From Tubiluchus corallicola (Eukaryota; Animalia; Priapulida): a stretch of 64,000 bases of DNA. Of this stretch, positions 36,382 to 49,439 are shown piece by piece. The notes under the pieces were generated by a model. That model was not told the DNA's origin, did not search any database, and worked only from the letters and a program-made list of their open reading frames with translations. The position numbers and the translations under genes are program-made. The stretch is taken from positions 18,128-82,127 of the forward strand of contig JAQGDQ010000901.1 in assembly GCA_030141605.1 (NCBI GenBank). Direction: 5' to 3'. Position 1 is the first letter of the stretch, and every line of letters begins with the position of its first letter.

Positions 36382-39300
36382 ATGGATAAAGTTACACATT
36401 TCTTTAAACCTCGGACATCGAGTGACGTCTTATCAAAAAAGACGGGACAAGCCGCTGCAAATTTTCTCAAATCGTTATCAGCCAGTCACAATGCACACAA
36501 GACATTTAGTCAATTGCTTAAGAAATCTAAACTCTCTCTCGAGGAAGTGGTAAAAGTTGATTACTATCGGGAAAATGATTATTATGATACACATGCTTGT
36601 TACTTCAGCATGGTGGATCGGCCAGCAGCTGAGGAAATATTACAACGAAACGGAAATAGTATGTGCACAGTGTAATAATTTACTTGAAACTTAATTTTTC
36701 TTAATTATTTTCCTGGCCTGTTGGTTGTCGTGAGAAATAAAGACTTGTGGACCTTCAGGAGTTGCCCAGTTTCAGAAATTGAGAATTCATTCCATTCTTA
36801 GAAGATAAAATAAATAAATAAACAAAAACAAAATCAGTAAGCTCAAAATTATAATTAGTTATTTAATTAATTATTATGGCTCAGTCTAGGTTTCAATGTA
36901 ATTAAATACCAACCTCATTAGGTGACACTGTAGCACAAGCCATCCATATTTGGAAATGTGGAATTGGTTGGTTAGCTATTTGGATTTATTTCAAGACATG
37001 ATTGAATTGACTGTCATGATCACAGCAGTCTGTGTAGTGACTGTAATTTGGTGGTCTTGGTAGGGGACTTGCGATCTAAAGATCACAGGCTCAAATCTAG
37101 AGTCATTCTGACTTCTTGCTAGTCTGGATTCATTCCATCACTAACCAATAACTTTGAAATTAAGCTTATACACAATATAATTATTATTTCAAATATGTTT
37201 GTGTTAAATAAACTGTAATAAGGCTTCTGAATACAGTACCTGTATATCAAGTATATACAACAGTACTTTCAACAGGTTTCTAACTGACAAAATTTTCTTT
37301 CTGTCTGAAACTCAATGAAAGCAAGTATTGGGGTTTTTGAAGTGGCTTTCTGTTGTTTTGGTGCTTGTCACTTGTTGACTATGTCAACCAGTGTACTACT
37401 AAGTATTTTTAATCAGTCATGTGCTTACAAAATGAAATCATGGCCATGCAAGTTACTCTATGCTCAGTAGCAAACATATTTAGTTTATCAGGTAAATAAG
37501 TGGGCATGCAAGAAGTAAACTGTCCTTTTCAGAAGTGAGAGACTCGACCCTTTTTTGGCTACTCTTTTGGATGTTCTTAGGGATGACCTTTTAAAAAATA
37601 GAGCTAGGGATCTGTGAATTTGCAATGAATCCTCCAGACACTTCGTGCGAATATATTACAGCAAATTGTGCGTCAAATGACAGAGTGGAATTTATGATCG
37701 GCTGTTTTGAATTCAAGATGGCGTTAATAATATTGTTTTTGGAAAAAGTCTAAGGCTCTGCTAATTTGCAATGGATTATCATGAAGGTTTATAGAAATAT
37801 ACTAGGGCAGATTCCACACTGATTGATGGAGTCGGATTTTCGATCTGCCATTAGAATTTGCAGTGGATTATCATGAAAGTTTATAGAAATATACTAGAGC
37901 AAATTCCACACTGATTGATGGAGTCAGATCCTTGACATGCCATTTGCATTCAAAAAAGCAGCAAAAAACATCATTTTTGAGAAAAAAGTTAGACTGTGCC
38001 AGTTTAGTTTGCAACAGATCTTCATGAAACTTTATAGAAATGTACTAAAGCTAATTCTGCATCGATTGACAAAATCAGATTTTCGATTTTGAAATCAAAA
38101 AATATCATTTTTGGAGAAAGCTGTGCCAATTCACGATGGATTGTCATGAAACTTTCGAAGAATATACGAGAACAAATTCTACATTGACTAACAGAGTCAT
38201 ATGTCTGATCTGCCTCTTGAGATGGCAGCAACAACATGATTTTGGAGAAAAGCCCACTTATTTGAAATGTATCGTCATGAAAACCTACAGAAATATACTT
38301 GAATGAATTCTGCATCGAGTGACAAACTATAATTTTCGATTTGTCATCTTAAATTCAAGATAGTATCATTAACGTTATTTCTGATGCACGATCTTTAGTT
38401 CGTCGAGTTCCATGACCAATAATTCGAAGCGAACTTGTTTATTAACCTATAGTAATTTATCACTGAAGACCTCTTCAGGGGCCTACCATCAGTTATGATT
38501 GGCAAAAAAAGCTTTCCAGCCCAAATTTTGACTTGTTGAAACTTGTACTAGTACTTTTAGTAATTGATTAATACAAAAAATGTCTTCTATTCTAAAATAG
38601 GTTTGTATTTTTTAGGTGAAGGATTGTTTCTTATCCGTGACAGTGCTAAAGTCGGCGATTTTGTGCTTTCCATGATTTCTGAAAGAAGACCCGTGCATTT
38701 CCATATTGAGCAACATAATAATAGTGTTTCACAGTACTCTATAGACAGCGGTGATTGCTTTGATGGTTTGGACAGACTGGTAACTCATTACGTAAATTCA
38801 CCGGATGGCCTGCCAACAAGACTGACGTTGTTCTGTAAAATGGGAATGCCCTTGCCATATCATGCGATAAAATATGGCCGCACAAATGTACTTCACCATG
38901 TCGTTAAAGAAGGTAGCATCAAATTAACACGTATGGTGCTAGAGTCAGATAGATATGAAAACCTTAATGCAAAAAATGCTGATGGCTCTACGGCACTGCA
39001 CATTGCGGCTTTTAATGGATTTGATCAAATTTGTGAAATTCTTGCTAATGGAGGAGCAGATGTCAATGCCAAAGATGCATCAGGATACACGCCCCTACAC
39101 AGTGCATGTGTGGGAAATAAACCAAGTACAATTAGTCTTCTAGTGACTAAATACAAAGCAGATCTTCAAGAACCTTGTAGTATCAATGGAATGGTTCCCC
39201 TTCATGTTGCAGCAAATTACGGCCATGAACAGTGTGTGGAAAAACTTCTTGCGCTAAAGTCACCCCTTCGTCCGCGTACAGACTGTGGAAAAATACCACT

Positions 39301-40591
39301 GGACTTGGCAGAAAAAGGAAGGCATCAAGCATGCATTGATTTGTTATCACGATATAAGTCACCTGCCCCACAAACTAAGCCACATTCATGGTATCATCCA
39401 CACCTTGACCGTGCACAAGCAGGAAAAGTGTTAGATGAGCATGGGATGAAGAATGGGATGTATTTAATTCGCCCAAGCCTTCGCAGGGCTGGCGTTAGTG
39501 TGCTGACTATGGTATGTGATAATTCATTATTCAATTATGAAATAGAAATCAGCGGAAGTTGGGTATATATTGGCACTGGCCCTTTCCTAGATTCCTTGGA
39601 ACATCTTATCGATCACTACACCCAGTTTCGCGATGGACTGCCAACTACATTAACTATTCCCATTCAAAGCCCACATTATAAACCACCCGAAGAGTTGAGT
39701 AATTCTCATAATCATAGTGTGCTTGGCGGAACAACGGCTAGACGTGGAATACGCGAAATAAAACGCAAAGATATTCACCTTGGAGAAGAAATTGGTGTAG
39801 GTGAATATGGATCAGTATTAAAGGGCATTTGGACTGACCCGTCTGGCACGAAGCATGAGGTAGCAGTGAAAACTCTACTCGAAGGACATGGGCAGAACAA
39901 AGAGTTTTTACGAGAGGCGGATGTGATGATGAAGCTTCACCATGAATGCATTGTAGAGCTGATTGGTATCTGCCAACATTCGCCTGTAATGATTGTACAA
40001 GAACTTCTTCAAATGGGATCAATGCTAGACTTTTTACTGGACCATCCAAATAAAGTCAATCCTGACGAAGATCTAAAGTTATGGGCTGCGCAGATTGCTT
40101 GTGGTATGCACTACCTTGAAGGCCAGAATTTTGTTCACCGTGATCTAGCAGCAAGAAACATTTTACTTGCTAACAAGCAGAAAGCTAAAATCAGTGATTT
40201 TGGTTTGTCCCGGGCTTGCAAGTTTGAAAAGGATTATTATAAGGCAACAGAAGGCGGACGCTGGCCTGTGAAGTGGTATGCACCTGAATGCATATATTTC
40301 GGGCGGTTCACACATGCCAGTGACGTGTGGAGTTATGGAGTCACTTTGTGGGAAATGTGGACATTTGGAGAGCAGCCTTACGGAGAGAAGAATGGCCAGC
40401 AGGTTCTGGCAATGATAGAAAATAAGGAACGCTTGCCCAGGCCATCAAAATCGCCACGCAAAATCTATGAGATCATGCGACGTTGCTGGGAATACGAACC
40501 TGAAAAGCGGCCGACTTTTGCCACACTTTATCACATATTTGATACGGATCCAGATTATGGAAAGATTCGGGAACTCATTGTGCCACGTTGA
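36382..40591 (+). CDS. Shark: Tyrosine-protein kinase Shark/HTK16 (SH2-ankyrin repeats-SH2-kinase), ~750 aa, 2 coding exons
   Basis: Exon 36382-36658 (donor A|GTATGT) and exon 38616-40591, phase 1 consistent; the join rebuilds the N-SH2 (DRPAAEEIL...SEGLFLIRDS). Ankyrin repeats GSTALHIAA, GYTPLHSAC, GMVPLHVAA. Second SH2 WYH...YLIRPS. Kinase GVGEYG, VAVK, HRDLAARN, DFG, YYKATEGGRWPVKWYAPE. Confidence 0.93.
37600..38370 (+). repeat. Array of ~6 diverged 90-160 bp subunits in the Shark intron (likely TE-internal repeats)
   Basis: The recurrent core TCATGAAA.TTTATAGAAATATACT...AATTC..CA..GATTGA...AGTC.GATTTTCGAT is visible at ~37778, 37870, 38022, 38144 and 38275, with a weaker copy near 37620. 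Confidence 0.75.
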
Positions 40592-40865
40592 TGAGCAAAG
40601 AGTAAATAACGATTTGTGGTGTGCCAAACTCAGATGTTTTTATATAATTATGCTTAATTATTGCCTGCTTTATGTGCATGTAATTATGGTCTATTGATTA
40701 ATTTGTTAACATTAATGTTAATTCAACGAAACTGAATTTTTTTAGTAACTCTTTTTAATTCCCTGAAAGTTATTATACACTATTTCGAATAATATTCTCA
40801 TGATTACTTATTTTGCAGAGAACTTTGCCAGGTATTAAGATTTAGTAACTGTTTTTCATAATGTA

Positions 40866-41391
40866 CAGCAAATTACGTATAACTTGAACTGGCATAACTT
40901 GAATTCTTGCGCATCTTGAACAGATCTCATGGAACAGATTTTCCTTTTCGTTTTTCCTTTTAACAAACATTACGTAACTGGAAATTTGTAATTCGAATTA
41001 TTGTGCAATTTGAACCGAAATTCCGGCACAGTTCTTAAGAATCTGATTGAAACATTGCACCACATTACGATTTCAACTGCTAATTCCAGCAAAAATACTA
41101 AGATTTCTTGTATTTCCTGAACAGAATGCTGTGCACAATATGGCTTAATGAACGTAGTTTAATGCAGATCACAATATTATTATTGCCGAATTCTATTAAC
41201 TATGCTACTCAGACTACAATGGGGGTGGACCAGTCATTTTATTTTTGATTATTCATAAATATTGTTGTTTGACATGTGATTAAAGGCCCAGTTTGACATT
41301 TTCACAGGCTGTAGTTTAACAAGTGCACTGTTTTGTTTTCTTGCAAACATCCGATCTGATCCGAGGTGTTCGAGTTATACATACTTTACCG
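40866..41391. mobile_element. pogo/Tigger-like MITE downstream of the Shark stop codon
   Basis: TA|CAGCAAATTACGTATAACTTGAAC ... GTTCGAGTTATACATACTTTACCG|TA: imperfect TIRs with TA flanks. Confidence 0.65.
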
Positions 41392-42976
41392 TAGTTTTAA
41401 TATAAATTTTGATCCTCACATAGTAGTAATGTGATAACATAGTATATTCGAAGAATAGTTGTTTTAATAGTATTTAATATTTAGTTAAATTAATATTAAG
41501 CATACTATATATCAAAGTTGCTGAACCATGAATACTATTACGTACACCTTACATTATTAAAATGATTAAACTTTATTAATTTGCCAAATCTCCATTTCTT
41601 ATACATTTACTGTGCATGTAATTGCATAACTGGGGTATTATCAAGTGACATTTGTCATATTACAAATAAGTATTTTATAAAGTTATTGTTAACATTAATT
41701 ATTTAGATAAAACAGGAGCTTAATTTTTTAAATTGTAAAATTGTTGTTTAAACTACAATATCAGAGAATTGGTAAGTTTCAGGGGAATATATTATATATA
41801 TATCGTCATATACATGGATCTTTCAATATCCTATGCATAATCAGGTTTATAACTATATTCAAAGAAACTATAGTCAATAAATAATAATTGTTTTCTTCTC
41901 AGTAAGTGCTGATACTAATTTTGATAGATCAGCACATTGTTTATAAAGTTTAAAATGTTAAAAAATTCAGTTTGAGAGTTTACCATTGTATTAACTTTTT
42001 TTACAACTGTAATGTCATTTTACTATAAATCTGAATTTACATTATTTTATGTAATTGCCTTGTTGTTGATATTACTTGAAATAAATACTGACAGCTAATT
42101 TTATTAACTATAAGAATTTATAAAATTGTTTTAAGCACTGAATTTGTGTCCTACTAAATATTTTTGAATAAAAATCAACAACTATTAATCGACATAGCAC
42201 AGTTAACAGGCTACTGAACTTTGTAACAAGCAGAGGAAAGAAAAATGGAACTATTATACCTTTACAAACTTTCCAAATTTTTTATAATGAACAATGTCCG
42301 TTCTAAAAATAACCCGCTATATAATAAATTTTATTACTTTTTTCTAATGTAATGAAATTAAGCCTATTTGCATTACGTTTCATTAACTTGATCAAGAACA
42401 TAATGTTGCAGGTATGAAGTGAGCATAGAATTAATAAGGAAGTTAACTGAGTAAAGAATGTTTTAATTATATAGATACAGGCAGTATTTCGACATTCCGA
42501 AATACTGAAACTGTGTTAAGCTGGTTTGTTAATTTAAATTACTATAACACATGGAAAATAATTCTGCATGATATAGACGGCATTTTTGCACTTTACAAAA
42601 CATCTGATAACATTTACGTGAAAATCGGCATACATTCAGCCCCCTCCAAAGTTCAATGTAGCTATGCTACCTGTTTCTGGTCAAACGATTTTTCAACCCC
42701 AAATAGCCTCTTGCTAGGATTAATGAAAACCAGTGTACTAGGTCAGAGCAACATGCGAATGGTGCATAGAGATGTGGAGCTGTTACGCTTACTGGAGTAC
42801 AAAAGCATCCTAATAACCTTACACAAATAGTTGTGTTGTTGGTCTACTTATCCCTTAGCTACGATAATGCATGCAAAATTACTTGCTAGTGTAACTGCCT
42901 TCAGCACACAAGTAGCTTAAACTGAACACTAAAATTTAATGATAAGTTACTGACTTTTTTACAGAGCAGTAAAAGT

Positions 42977-44506
42977 ATGCAGTGTTTAATTAAAAAATTA
43001 TTCTTTCTATTTTGTTGTGCATTACTATTAAGTAATTATGTGATCAACTCTCAGGAAGCAACAGAACATAGTTGTGAACAAAATGATATTGACACTGAAA
43101 TAGTTCATGATGATGGAAAGTTTGGGGTTGCTAAACAACCACACTTCCTACATGATGTGGAAGACGAAACACTAGAAGAAGGTAAAAAAGATGCCTTATG
43201 TTTGAAGTGCAACATTACAAGTGATTATGATTTTAATATGCAGGGTGTGCTGGACGCAGCCGACGACTTGCTTGAAAGCAATAAAACTGATGCTGCATTG
43301 AAGGTTTACCGGGGTATACTAACACAACATAGTCTAAGTCCAAGAGCTCAGTACGGAATTGCTAGATCACTAGATGCAAAAGCAGACGAGGAGAAAAGAA
43401 ATGAACTGCTAGAACAAAGCATAGATGAATACTATAAACTTGTAAAAATGGACAATGTGCCACAATATCTGATGAAGTTAGCAACTGAACGATTAATAGA
43501 GCGCATGAGATTTCGCGGCTGGCATTACGATGCTGTGGGTGTTTTGAATGAATTAATTCATCGTTTTCCAGAAGACTTGTACTTTTATCACCAAAAGGGG
43601 TCATTGTACATACTGATGGCAATGCCACATGAAGCTGAAAAAGTGTACAGAGAAATACTGGAAAAGAACTCCGATGACGGACTAGCTCAGGCAAATCTTG
43701 GATTTATTCTTGATGCACATTACAATGATACAGAAGAAGCGGTGAAGTACCTGTCAGCTGGAATCAAAAGTGATGCTGAAGGTGTGCATGACAGTAAGTT
43801 TTATATTTACCTTGGAGACGCTCTGATACGTTTAGATCGGAAAGCAGAAGCTTCAGAGATATTCTATAAAGGTGCCGAAAAAGGTCTGTTTCCGTCTGCT
43901 TATCAGCGATCACCTGATAAGTATAACATTGCTGGGCTGACAGCGCGACCCTGGTGGACGGCGGAAGAACTGGGAAGCGTAGAGGGTGTAAAAATGTTGG
44001 AAGATAACTGGGAAGTGATACGCGATGAGGCTTTAGCACAAATGGATGTGAAGAAAGGGGTGTTTCAGTTAGATAAACAGAAACTTGCAGAAGAAGGTGA
44101 ATGGAAACAATTTGTGTTATTTGATCACGGTAAAGTTGTTGAATCTGCTTGCAAGAAAGCTCCACGCACATGCGGCATAATTAGTCAAATTCCTGGAGCT
44201 GCAACATGTCGACGTGGCCGCACAAAATTTTCGGTAATTCAGCCTGGCACTCACATATGGCCGCATGTGGGACCAACCAACCAGCGCATACGAGCCCATC
44301 TTGGCTTAGTGACACCCCCTGGAGCAAAAATCAGAGTCATCGATGAGGAACGAGAATGGAAAGCTGGAAAAGTATTGATATTTGACGACTCGTTTGAACA
44401 TGAGGTCTGGAACAATGCTGACACATATCGATTGATTTTAATCATTGATTTTTGGCACCCGGATATAAGTAAAGAATTACAAGATACTCTTGAAGATATT
44501 TTGTAG
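42977..44506 (+). CDS. Asph: Aspartyl/asparaginyl beta-hydroxylase-like protein (TPR region plus 2-oxoglutarate/Fe(II) oxygenase domain), 509 aa, intronless CDS
   Basis: Motifs SPRAQYGIARSLD, LFPSAYQRS, LTARPWW, GEWKQF, ACKKAPRTC, CRRG, HIWPHVGPTN.RIRAHLGL, IFDDSFEHEVW, RLILIIDFWHP all match the ASPH family. Hydrophobic N-terminus. Acceptor TTTTTTACAG 12 nt before the ATG. Confidence 0.92.
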   Translation: MQCLIKKLFFLFCCALLLSNYVINSQEATEHSCEQNDIDTEIVHDDGKFGVAKQPHFLHDVEDETLEEGKKDALCLKCNITSDYDFNMQGVLDAADDLLESNKTDAALKVYRGILTQHSLSPRAQYGIARSLDAKADEEKRNELLEQSIDEYYKLVKMDNVPQYLMKLATERLIERMRFRGWHYDAVGVLNELIHRFPEDLYFYHQKGSLYILMAMPHEAEKVYREILEKNSDDGLAQANLGFILDAHYNDTEEAVKYLSAGIKSDAEGVHDSKFYIYLGDALIRLDRKAEASEIFYKGAEKGLFPSAYQRSPDKYNIAGLTARPWWTAEELGSVEGVKMLEDNWEVIRDEALAQMDVKKGVFQLDKQKLAEEGEWKQFVLFDHGKVVESACKKAPRTCGIISQIPGAATCRRGRTKFSVIQPGTHIWPHVGPTNQRIRAHLGLVTPPGAKIRVIDEEREWKAGKVLIFDDSFEHEVWNNADTYRLILIIDFWHPDISKELQDTLEDIL

Positions 44507-45860
44507 ATAGTATGATGTACCATTCACGTATTATACATCAAAGGTACAGAATAACTTGCTAACAAGATATAATCAAACAATATAATGCCACAGAACTCTC
44601 TATACAAACTTGTATTTTTATGAAAGAATTTCACGGTAATTTTAATTTTGACCACCAAACCCTTGTAAGAAAGTGTAATCCACTGAGAAAGTTTATCATC
44701 GATAAATTGGCACATGTACCAGAAAAGTGTTTAAATTTTACAATGTAAGGGAGCTGAGGTTACGTATCCCAAAAAATCTCATATGAGATAAAAATTTCCA
44801 GCTATTATCATATTATCATATAGCGATTGCTTCGTGTTTTGTACGGATAATATAGCACGGGTAGGTTAAAGCAAGATAGGGTTACATTTTTCTTGTACTA
44901 CAAAAATCAGCAAAAATTATGGTTTTGTAGTTTTTGGTAACATTTCAAATGCCTACATTGCAAAGTACGTCAGCACGTTCATTGTGATTCTCATATTAAC
45001 CTATCGATTATAGTACCGTTAAAACTGTGAAACATGAAGGATTCACATCACCATCATGGCCTTTGATATATGAGAATTTCATGTGGACATCTTAAAGTTT
45101 AAAACAGTTTAGTCATTTCAAAAATACATAAGAAGACTAATGCACGTATTCAAAATGCATTCTCAATACAAACTACAAAAACTTTGTAGACAGTTATTTT
45201 CTGAATAAAGACTGCCACTTTATGCATTTACGTTTTTTTTAAATTGTCTCCTTTTATATATTTTTTGCAATAATATTAACTGGTATGCACATTTTTTGGT
45301 ATATAACTGGAAAATAGTCTAGCTATTTTCTTCTAATTACTCCATCAAGCATCTTCCACAGTAACATAGTTAACCAGGGATGACATTACAAGTATGTTAC
45401 TTTTGAGCATTATTCGTTATCAACTTGTTTTTGTTGTTGTTGTCATAGTCAGCACTATCGCTGCTGCTTGTAACAGTGTTTCAAAAATTTATTAGCCATC
45501 TATTATTCGTGATAAACTAGGGACTGTAATCTTGAAACCGTGTGTTCAAGAAGTTTCACTATTTTGTGAAGAAACTTTATGCATGCAAAATAAATGTCGT
45601 AAGTACCGCCTTACGCATAGTAAAATAAAACACTTACAAAATTTTACGTTTAACAACATGGTTAGCATTTCCTTAACAACAGAAAGTTGTGCTTTAACTG
45701 TACTTACTTAAACAAAACAAAGTAAGCGTTACCAACAGTCCAGAATGGCAGCTTGTAGACCACATCTTGTTTGCTGTCACACTGAATGCCAGAATGACAT
45801 ATTCAGAATTTGTTTACCAGCCATAAATCGAACACAACAGTCAACTTAAATTTGTATCTT

Positions 45861-48800
45861 TTATCGAAGCTTTGTCTCTAATAGCATACTTTCCAACAAG
45901 TCTTTGCTTCGTAATTCAATATAAGGTTCATGTGTCCAGCAAGCAACATACAACATCATGGTATTTCTATCAGTAACATGAGCTACTTTTTGCAAAATGT
46001 GCTGTTTTAGCACAAGTTCCCGCTTATACATTTGTAGTAAATCTGCTGATGTCTTGTCTGAAATATACAATAGCAGAAACACAAGACATCAATTAACAGC
46101 CTGGCAAAACTTGATACTTAATCTTAACTGTTAACACCTGGAAATCACAAATTCATAAAAACTTAACAGTTTTTTATGTCAATTTTGCAACCCGAAACTT
46201 TTACAGCATAAAGAACGAAGAACTTTGCCCGCGAAGAACAAAAAGGCTAGACATGATACTTTATGATTCCAATGATTTGTTCAAGAAATTCCAATTAATT
46301 TAGCTGTGTTTTGGTGACACATCCTCAGGGTGAAAGACTGTTTACTACACCAGCCAATCTTTCAAATTTACAGCAACAAAATTTCATGCTCTTCACAAAA
46401 ATGGAAATGCAGTTGTTGTTTTTGTCGCTAGCCCAATAACTGTCAATATAGTAGCAACTGTAACTGTGTAACTGGTTAGTTTTATAATAGTAACCATCTA
46501 CGAATGTTATAAATGCCTTGCTGAGCCGATATAAAACAGTATAAAAGTTTATACAATCGTAAAAACATTATAGAGAATGCTGTTATCATAAATATGTGAA
46601 TTATCAATGAATATTAATGAACACTTGCAGTTTTTTACATGTATTTGTAGGTACTGACAAATTACGTTCGTTAGTGGAGTTTGAGTGAGTTTTTTTTACA
46701 AAATACATGCCTCTTCTTGTCAATGTCACACAAAGCCATAATTCAATTTTTGCTTTTGCAAGCACATGAACTACTCATGGAAGTTTTCTGTTGCTGGAAT
46801 ATTTTCCCATTGTGACATAATTGTTACTTGTTAGTTCAGTTTACCGGCTGTTAAATAAATTTCTAAGCTAAGAAACATTTTGGTATTTACTTTATACGAT
46901 AGAATTAGATCATCGGGTCAAACTGAAGTACTGTATGGTTTAAAAAATGTCATTATGCTTTCAATTAAATGTATATTTAAACAGCAATAATGTAAAAGAT
47001 GTTCTTACGGAAACAGCCGATGGGCCAAGTTTGAAATAAGATTTCACCAAACCGAGAATCATCCCCGGATTGAAAGCAGCTGAGATCATGACAGCCCTTT
47101 AAGCGGTCTGCAACGGCTGTCATCTTCTGGACCAATTTTTCCTGTATAAAATTCCACACGTGAATGATGAGTACAACTGTGACATAATGTCATCCCATGC
47201 AATACAAAAACTGTGTAGGGTAGTTAAAAGCCAACTTCAGCCCCCATATAATGGTAACATCACTTAATACCAATTTTTTTGGCAAAACAAAATATCTATA
47301 TTCGCATATACATGTATGCATTAATGCAGCTCGTTATAATGCCAAACTCGCTACAACACCAATTTTTTTGCAGTCCCAAAGTATCCGATTAAAGAGGTTT
47401 GACTGTACTTACAATGTAGTAGTACATTGCAGAAATTTCAATGCAAAACCAACTAAATGTTTTAGAGAAAATGCTTCTTAAAGGCCAGATATCATCACGA
47501 AAAAACCATGAAATACACTAAAATTAGAAAAATTCAATTTATTTCAAGCTCTTTTAATTAAACTAAAAGAGCACTAGACACATACAGTAGACTCTGTACA
47601 AATTCGGTTTTGCGTAATTCGGAATATCGTTGACAGATTCGACAAAACAAACTCGTTCCTATATATCTTAATAGTTAAAGCAATGGCAGAACTTGTTTTT
47701 TAACTTGGTATATCGCTGAATTTGATACACTTTAGCAGAACAATTTACGCAAAAACCGACAGTGTTTGCTCTGCTTATCTCGGACACACAGAAACCCTGT
47801 CAATACAATGAAGGCGCACTTCAGTACGAGTGTAAAACAATCAGAAAACTAATCAATAAATACTACAACTTATCTATGCACATGAAACGTGTAAGTTGCC
47901 TTGTTTTGTAATAATTCACTGAGAACTAGTATTTGTGTACTAGTTATTCATTGTTCTACCCTTTTAATAAAATGGCAAAGTGGAAAATTGCAAGTGACTG
48001 AAGTATTACTGCTCAAACTTCCACTGTCAGTTTTAATAGGCCCTGAAAGACTGTCTTTCTCAATAAATGCAGATGGTGTTTGTTCGCATGCTGATTGCTT
48101 AATTATGATGACTGGGCAGTTCTATCCTGAGTTGCGGTGCGGTGAGTTTGTAACTGCTACAAATCTTTTAAATGCAGTCAAACATCTTTGTACCTTGGGA
48201 CTGCAAAGAAATTATAGTGAGTTGGCATTATAACGAGGTGCATTAATACATACACGTCTAGGTAAAAATAGACATTTTGATTTGTCAAAAATATAGACAT
48301 TAAAGCAAAGTTGGCATTATAAAGGGGAGGGGGCGTTATAACGAGGTATGACTGTAGATTATTCAAAGCAAATGGAGTCAGTCGACAATTAATCATTTTA
48401 AAGTAAATTAAGTAGCTTTTGGCCATGAAGCAGGCCCCACTTCAATAAATAGATAATGCAAGCACACAGTGCATCCACTGAGAAATGAATATACAAAAAT
48501 GTGTCTTCGACAAACTTGGTTTATCGCACAACTTGCACAGTTTCTTTGGTTGCTAGCCAGCCAAACAATATGCAGTTTATTGTAAATAATTAAAAAACTC
48601 AAAAGTATGCATCTTTCTTTACTCTTCCATGGAATAAGTTTATTCATCCATGGAATAAGCATCTTTTTATAAATTTTAGGCACTTTCTTTAACGTGAAGT
48701 GCTCGAATAGCAAACAATGTTCAAGAAATGTAATTTCAAAAACTTACACTTTACCAAAGTAAATACAAATTCTTCACATAACCAATAAAAGTCTGTTGGC

Positions 48801-49439
48801 AACTTCTAAAAATAAAAAAAGACGAGCAACCAACTTCATTTTGATTAATTGCACATTAGCATACCATAGCATTATAAGTCAGCTCTAGCTCTTCTGCACT
48901 GTTTTGCATTTCGTATCGAATATCATCCATCTCTTCCTCAGAAAGTTTCCGTTTCTGCTCTTCTTCTGGGTCGAACCTACAAAAAATCGTTTTGAAGTAG
49001 ATGATTCCTTCCGAAAAGAGTTTCAGTCACTTTGCACAGGTGGAGTGATCAACACAATCTCAAGTAATAATTAGATACTGTACATGCTTTACAATTAGTT
49101 CAGTACATAAAATTTTAACGAAAAAAGGACAACAAAATGCATTAGCTATGCAACAAGTTTAAGTTTACTCACTTCTAAAAAGATGTCGTATAATAAACAG
49201 TGTTAAAAATGAATCATCACTAATGAGGCATTATTAAGCAAGGACCTTCTAGCGTATTTTCATGTGTAGAACATAAGTTTGCAAAGAGGCACTTACACAA
49301 GTCTTAATTCCAAGTTGCTTATGTGTTCAACATGGGCTGCTCCTTTAACGTTAAGTTCGTTCCACCTCTGTATGTAGTTGTGCAAGTCTGCACAACAGTC
49401 ACGGACGCATCGCAGCAAACCCGTCAGATTGGCAGTCAT
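45861..49439 (-). CDS. CINP: Cyclin-dependent kinase 2-interacting protein (~194 aa, 4 coding exons)
   Basis: Exons (minus) 49439-49297, 48976-48865, 47141-47009, 46057-45861; GT-AG introns, 585 nt in frame. Motifs RDCCADLHNYIQRWNELN, LFQTWP, MYKRELVLK and W.HEPY...LESMLLET match CINP as recalled. Confidence 0.85.
47228..47407 (+). mobile_element. ~190-bp Tc1/pogo-like MITE copy (CINP intron)
   Basis: Same family as 4959-5095 and 48175-48354; ends GTTTGACTG|TA. Left end is decayed. Confidence 0.65.
48175..48354 (-). mobile_element. ~180-bp Tc1/pogo-like MITE copy, near full length
   Basis: TIRs CAGTCAAAC...GTATGACTG|TA; internal TATAACGAGG and TTGGCATTATAA motifs shared with the other copies. 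Confidence 0.7.

Noticed and set aside
37040-37105. tRNA-like A/B-box pattern
   Set aside because: No cloverleaf can be folded; at most a decayed SINE head, too weak to call.
37600-38370. CRISPR-like repeat-spacer array
   Set aside because: Eukaryotic intron; units are long, diverged and similar along their whole length, with no unique spacers or cas genes.
38564-38615. ORF-track N-terminus of Shark (MINTKNVFYSKIGLYFL)
   Set aside because: Intronic read-through from a TTG start; the N-SH2 is completed by the exon at 36382-36658.
42486-42511. Hairpin CAGTATTTCG-ACATTC-CGAAATACTG upstream of Asph
   Set aside because: Isolated 10-bp stem with no supporting context; could be chance or a TE scrap.
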